A stretch of DNA of 64,000 nucleotides from Escherichia coli (GTDB taxonomy: Bacteria > Pseudomonadota > Gammaproteobacteria > Enterobacterales > Enterobacteriaceae), in NCBI RefSeq assembly GCF_003334355.1, contig NZ_QOWP01000015.1. One strand, 5' to 3'. Each line of letters begins with the position of its first letter. Position 1 is the stretch's first letter. Made by a program: the position numbers and the translations under genes. The notes below the pieces were generated by a model. That model made no database searches. It saw only the letters and a list, made by a program, of their open reading frames with translations, and was not told where the DNA came from. Positions 62,202 through 64,000 of the stretch are shown here, in pieces.

Positions 62202-63328
62202 AGTGATATCCGATTATTTTTTAACGCTTCCAGAATGCGAGAGCATGCCTGACCATCACCATACGGGTTATGGGCGCGGCTCATAGCTTGATATTCGTTT
62301 TCGTCTTTTAAAAGACGCGTCACTTCCTCGACAATTCGCTGCTTATCCGTGCCTACCAGACGCACCGTACCCGCCGTCACCGCTTCCGGACGCTCAGTGG
62401 TATCGCGCATCACCAGCACAGGTTTCCCCAGCGAAGGCGCTTCTTCCTGAATGCCGCCTGAGTCGGTCAAAATCAGCCAGGCGTGGTTCATCAGCCAGAC
62501 AAACGGTAAATACTCCTGGGGATCGATCAGAATGACATTTTTCACATGCCCCAGAATGCGATTGACCGGCTCTCTGACGTTCGGGTTGAGATGCACCGGA
62601 TAGACAATCTGGATGTCCTGGTGCGTGGTGGCGATGTCTGCCAGCGCGTGGCAGATTTCTTCAAAGCCACGACCGAAACTCTCACGCCTGTGACCGGTCA
62701 CCAGAATCATCTTTTTATCGGGGTCGATAAACGGGTAATTTGCCGCCAGTTCTGAACGCAGCGTGTCGCTGCTCATCACCTGGTCACGCACCCATAACAG
62801 TGCATCAATGACTGTATTACCGGTAATGAAGATTCGGCTATCCGCAACGTTTTCACGCAGCAAGTTTTGCCGGGAAGTTTCGGTTGGAGAGAAGTGATAC
62901 ATCGCCAGATGCCCGGTCAATGTACGGTTAGCCTCTTCCGGCCACGGCGAATAGAGATCGCCCGTGCGCAGACCAGCCTCAACGTGACCAACAGGAATAC
63001 GCTGATAAAACGCCGCCAGGCTGGTTGCCAGCGTCGTCGTCGTATCGCCGTGAACCAGCACGACGTCTGGTTTGAACTCGGCAAGAATAGGTTTTAGCCC
63101 TTCCAGAATCCGACAGGTTATCTCTGTCAGGCCCTGTCCTGGCTGCATTATGTTGAGATCGTAGTCAGGTACAATGGAAAAGAGTTTCAGCACCTGATCG
63201 AGCATTTCCCGATGCTGCGCAGTGACGCAAACTTTAGCCTCAAAAAAAGGATCTTTTGCCAACGCATGCACCAACGGCGCCATCTTGATGGCTTCCGGGC
63301 GCGTACCAAATACAGTCAGTACTTTCAC
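62198..63328 (-). CDS. wecB: UDP-N-acetylglucosamine 2-epimerase WecB (RffE)
   Basis: Track ORF to 63370; recognised 376-aa WecB begins with GTG-encoded M (GTG AAA GTA CTG = [16 protein letters not shown]) at 63328. Confidence 0.93.
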   Translation of the reverse strand: MKVLTVFGTRPEAIKMAPLVHALAKDPFFEAKVCVTAQHREMLDQVLKLFSIVPDYDLNIMQPGQGLTEITCRILEGLKPILAEFKPDVVLVHGDTTTTLATSLAAFYQRIPVGHVEAGLRTGDLYSPWPEEANRTLTGHLAMYHFSPTETSRQNLLRENVADSRIFITGNTVIDALLWVRDQVMSSDTLRSELAANYPFIDPDKKMILVTGHRRESFGRGFEEICHALADIATTHQDIQIVYPVHLNPNVREPVNRILGHVKNVILIDPQEYLPFVWLMNHAWLILTDSGGIQEEAPSLGKPVLVMRDTTERPEAVTAGTVRLVGTDKQRIVEEVTRLLKDENEYQAMSRAHNPYGDGQACSRILEALKNNRISL

Positions 63329-63383
63329 ATCGATTCTCTTCGAATAAGCGGCGAGCGCCTTTGCGCTCACCGCAGCAGTGTTG

Positions 63384-64000
63384 CTATTTCGAGCAACGGC
63401 GGGTTAATGCGACACCAGCCCCGATCAGCCCCCCGACAATGCCCCACATAATCATCAGGAAGGCACGACGTGGGCTATCGCGTTTTACCGGTTCTTCCGG
63501 CGTACGCAAATAGCGATAGGTCTGAAAACGCGGATCCAGGGTTGGACCAACATTCAGGGTGTTTAACATGGCCCGATTCTGATCATAGTCGAGATCAAAG
63601 GCCGGACCGACGGCCTGTAAATTTTCCAGTCGAGCCTGAAGCATTGGACGCCCAAGCAGGAACATTTCTGAATCAGGTAATTCCTCGGCAGGTACATCTG
63701 TCGCACTGCGCGAAATATTATGCTGCTCAGCAATTTTCAGCGCCTGCTCAATGCTGTTCATCCGGCGGTCGTAGATGGCTTTCGCCACCTCTTCCTGACG
63801 CTTCACCTGAGCTTTCATCTGGATGGTACGCGCCGCCCATGCGCCTTTCAGCTCATCATTCAGATGGCTGGCTGCACGCTGGCTGGCAAAAGCAACATAC
63901 TGACGTAACAGGTTATTAGCGTCAGGCGCGGTTTCGGCAATAAGCTTCACGCTGTCATTGACCGCGCGGGTAAAGTCTCCGGGGATAAACTGGATGTTGT
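63384..64000 (-). CDS. wzzE: ECA polysaccharide chain-length modulation protein WzzE (3' part; 5' end beyond window)
   Basis: C-terminal part with terminal TM helix ([15 protein letters not shown]); reading frame stays open to the window edge; synteny with wecB. Confidence 0.85.
   Translation of the reverse strand, partial: NIQFIPGDFTRAVNDSVKLIAETAPDANNLLRQYVAFASQRAASHLNDELKGAWAARTIQMKAQVKRQEEVAKAIYDRRMNSIEQALKIAEQHNISRSATDVPAEELPDSEMFLLGRPMLQARLENLQAVGPAFDLDYDQNRAMLNTLNVGPTLDPRFQTYRYLRTPEEPVKRDSPRRAFLMIMWGIVGGLIGAGVALTRRCSK

Overview
This window is a contiguous, gene-dense stretch of an Escherichia coli-type chromosome, collinear with the K-12 region running from hemG to the enterobacterial common antigen (wec) cluster. 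Gene order: hemG-trkH-yigZ-pepQ / fadBA / fre / ubiD / rfaH / tatABCD / ubiB-ubiJ-ubiE / rmuC / udp / ysgA / metE-metR / yigM / yigL-pldB / rhtB / rhtC / recQ / pldA / yigI-rarD / yigG-yigF / corA / yigE / uvrD / yigB-xerC-yigA-dapF-yifL / cyaY / cyaA / hemCDXY / GlmZ sRNA / aslA remnant / aslB / tRNA operon argX-hisR-leuT-proM / yifK / wecG-wzyE-wecF-wzxE-wecE-wecD-rffH-rffG-wecC-wecB-wzzE (wzzE cut by the window end). I found no prophage, IS element, integron, CRISPR array or defence island, and I do not see evidence for a novel multi-gene system; this is conserved core chromosome. The least textbook features are: (1) aslA reduced to a short N-terminal stub beside an intact aslB; (2) a low-GC two-gene islet (yigG-yigF) of small membrane proteins of unknown function; (3) a hexanucleotide repeat in the 3' end of hemX. 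Product calls rest on my recognition of the translated ORFs and on synteny, not on a database search. Where the ORF track extends upstream of the recognised N-terminus I moved the start in whole codons. Non-coding coordinates were hand-counted and may be off by 1-2 nt.
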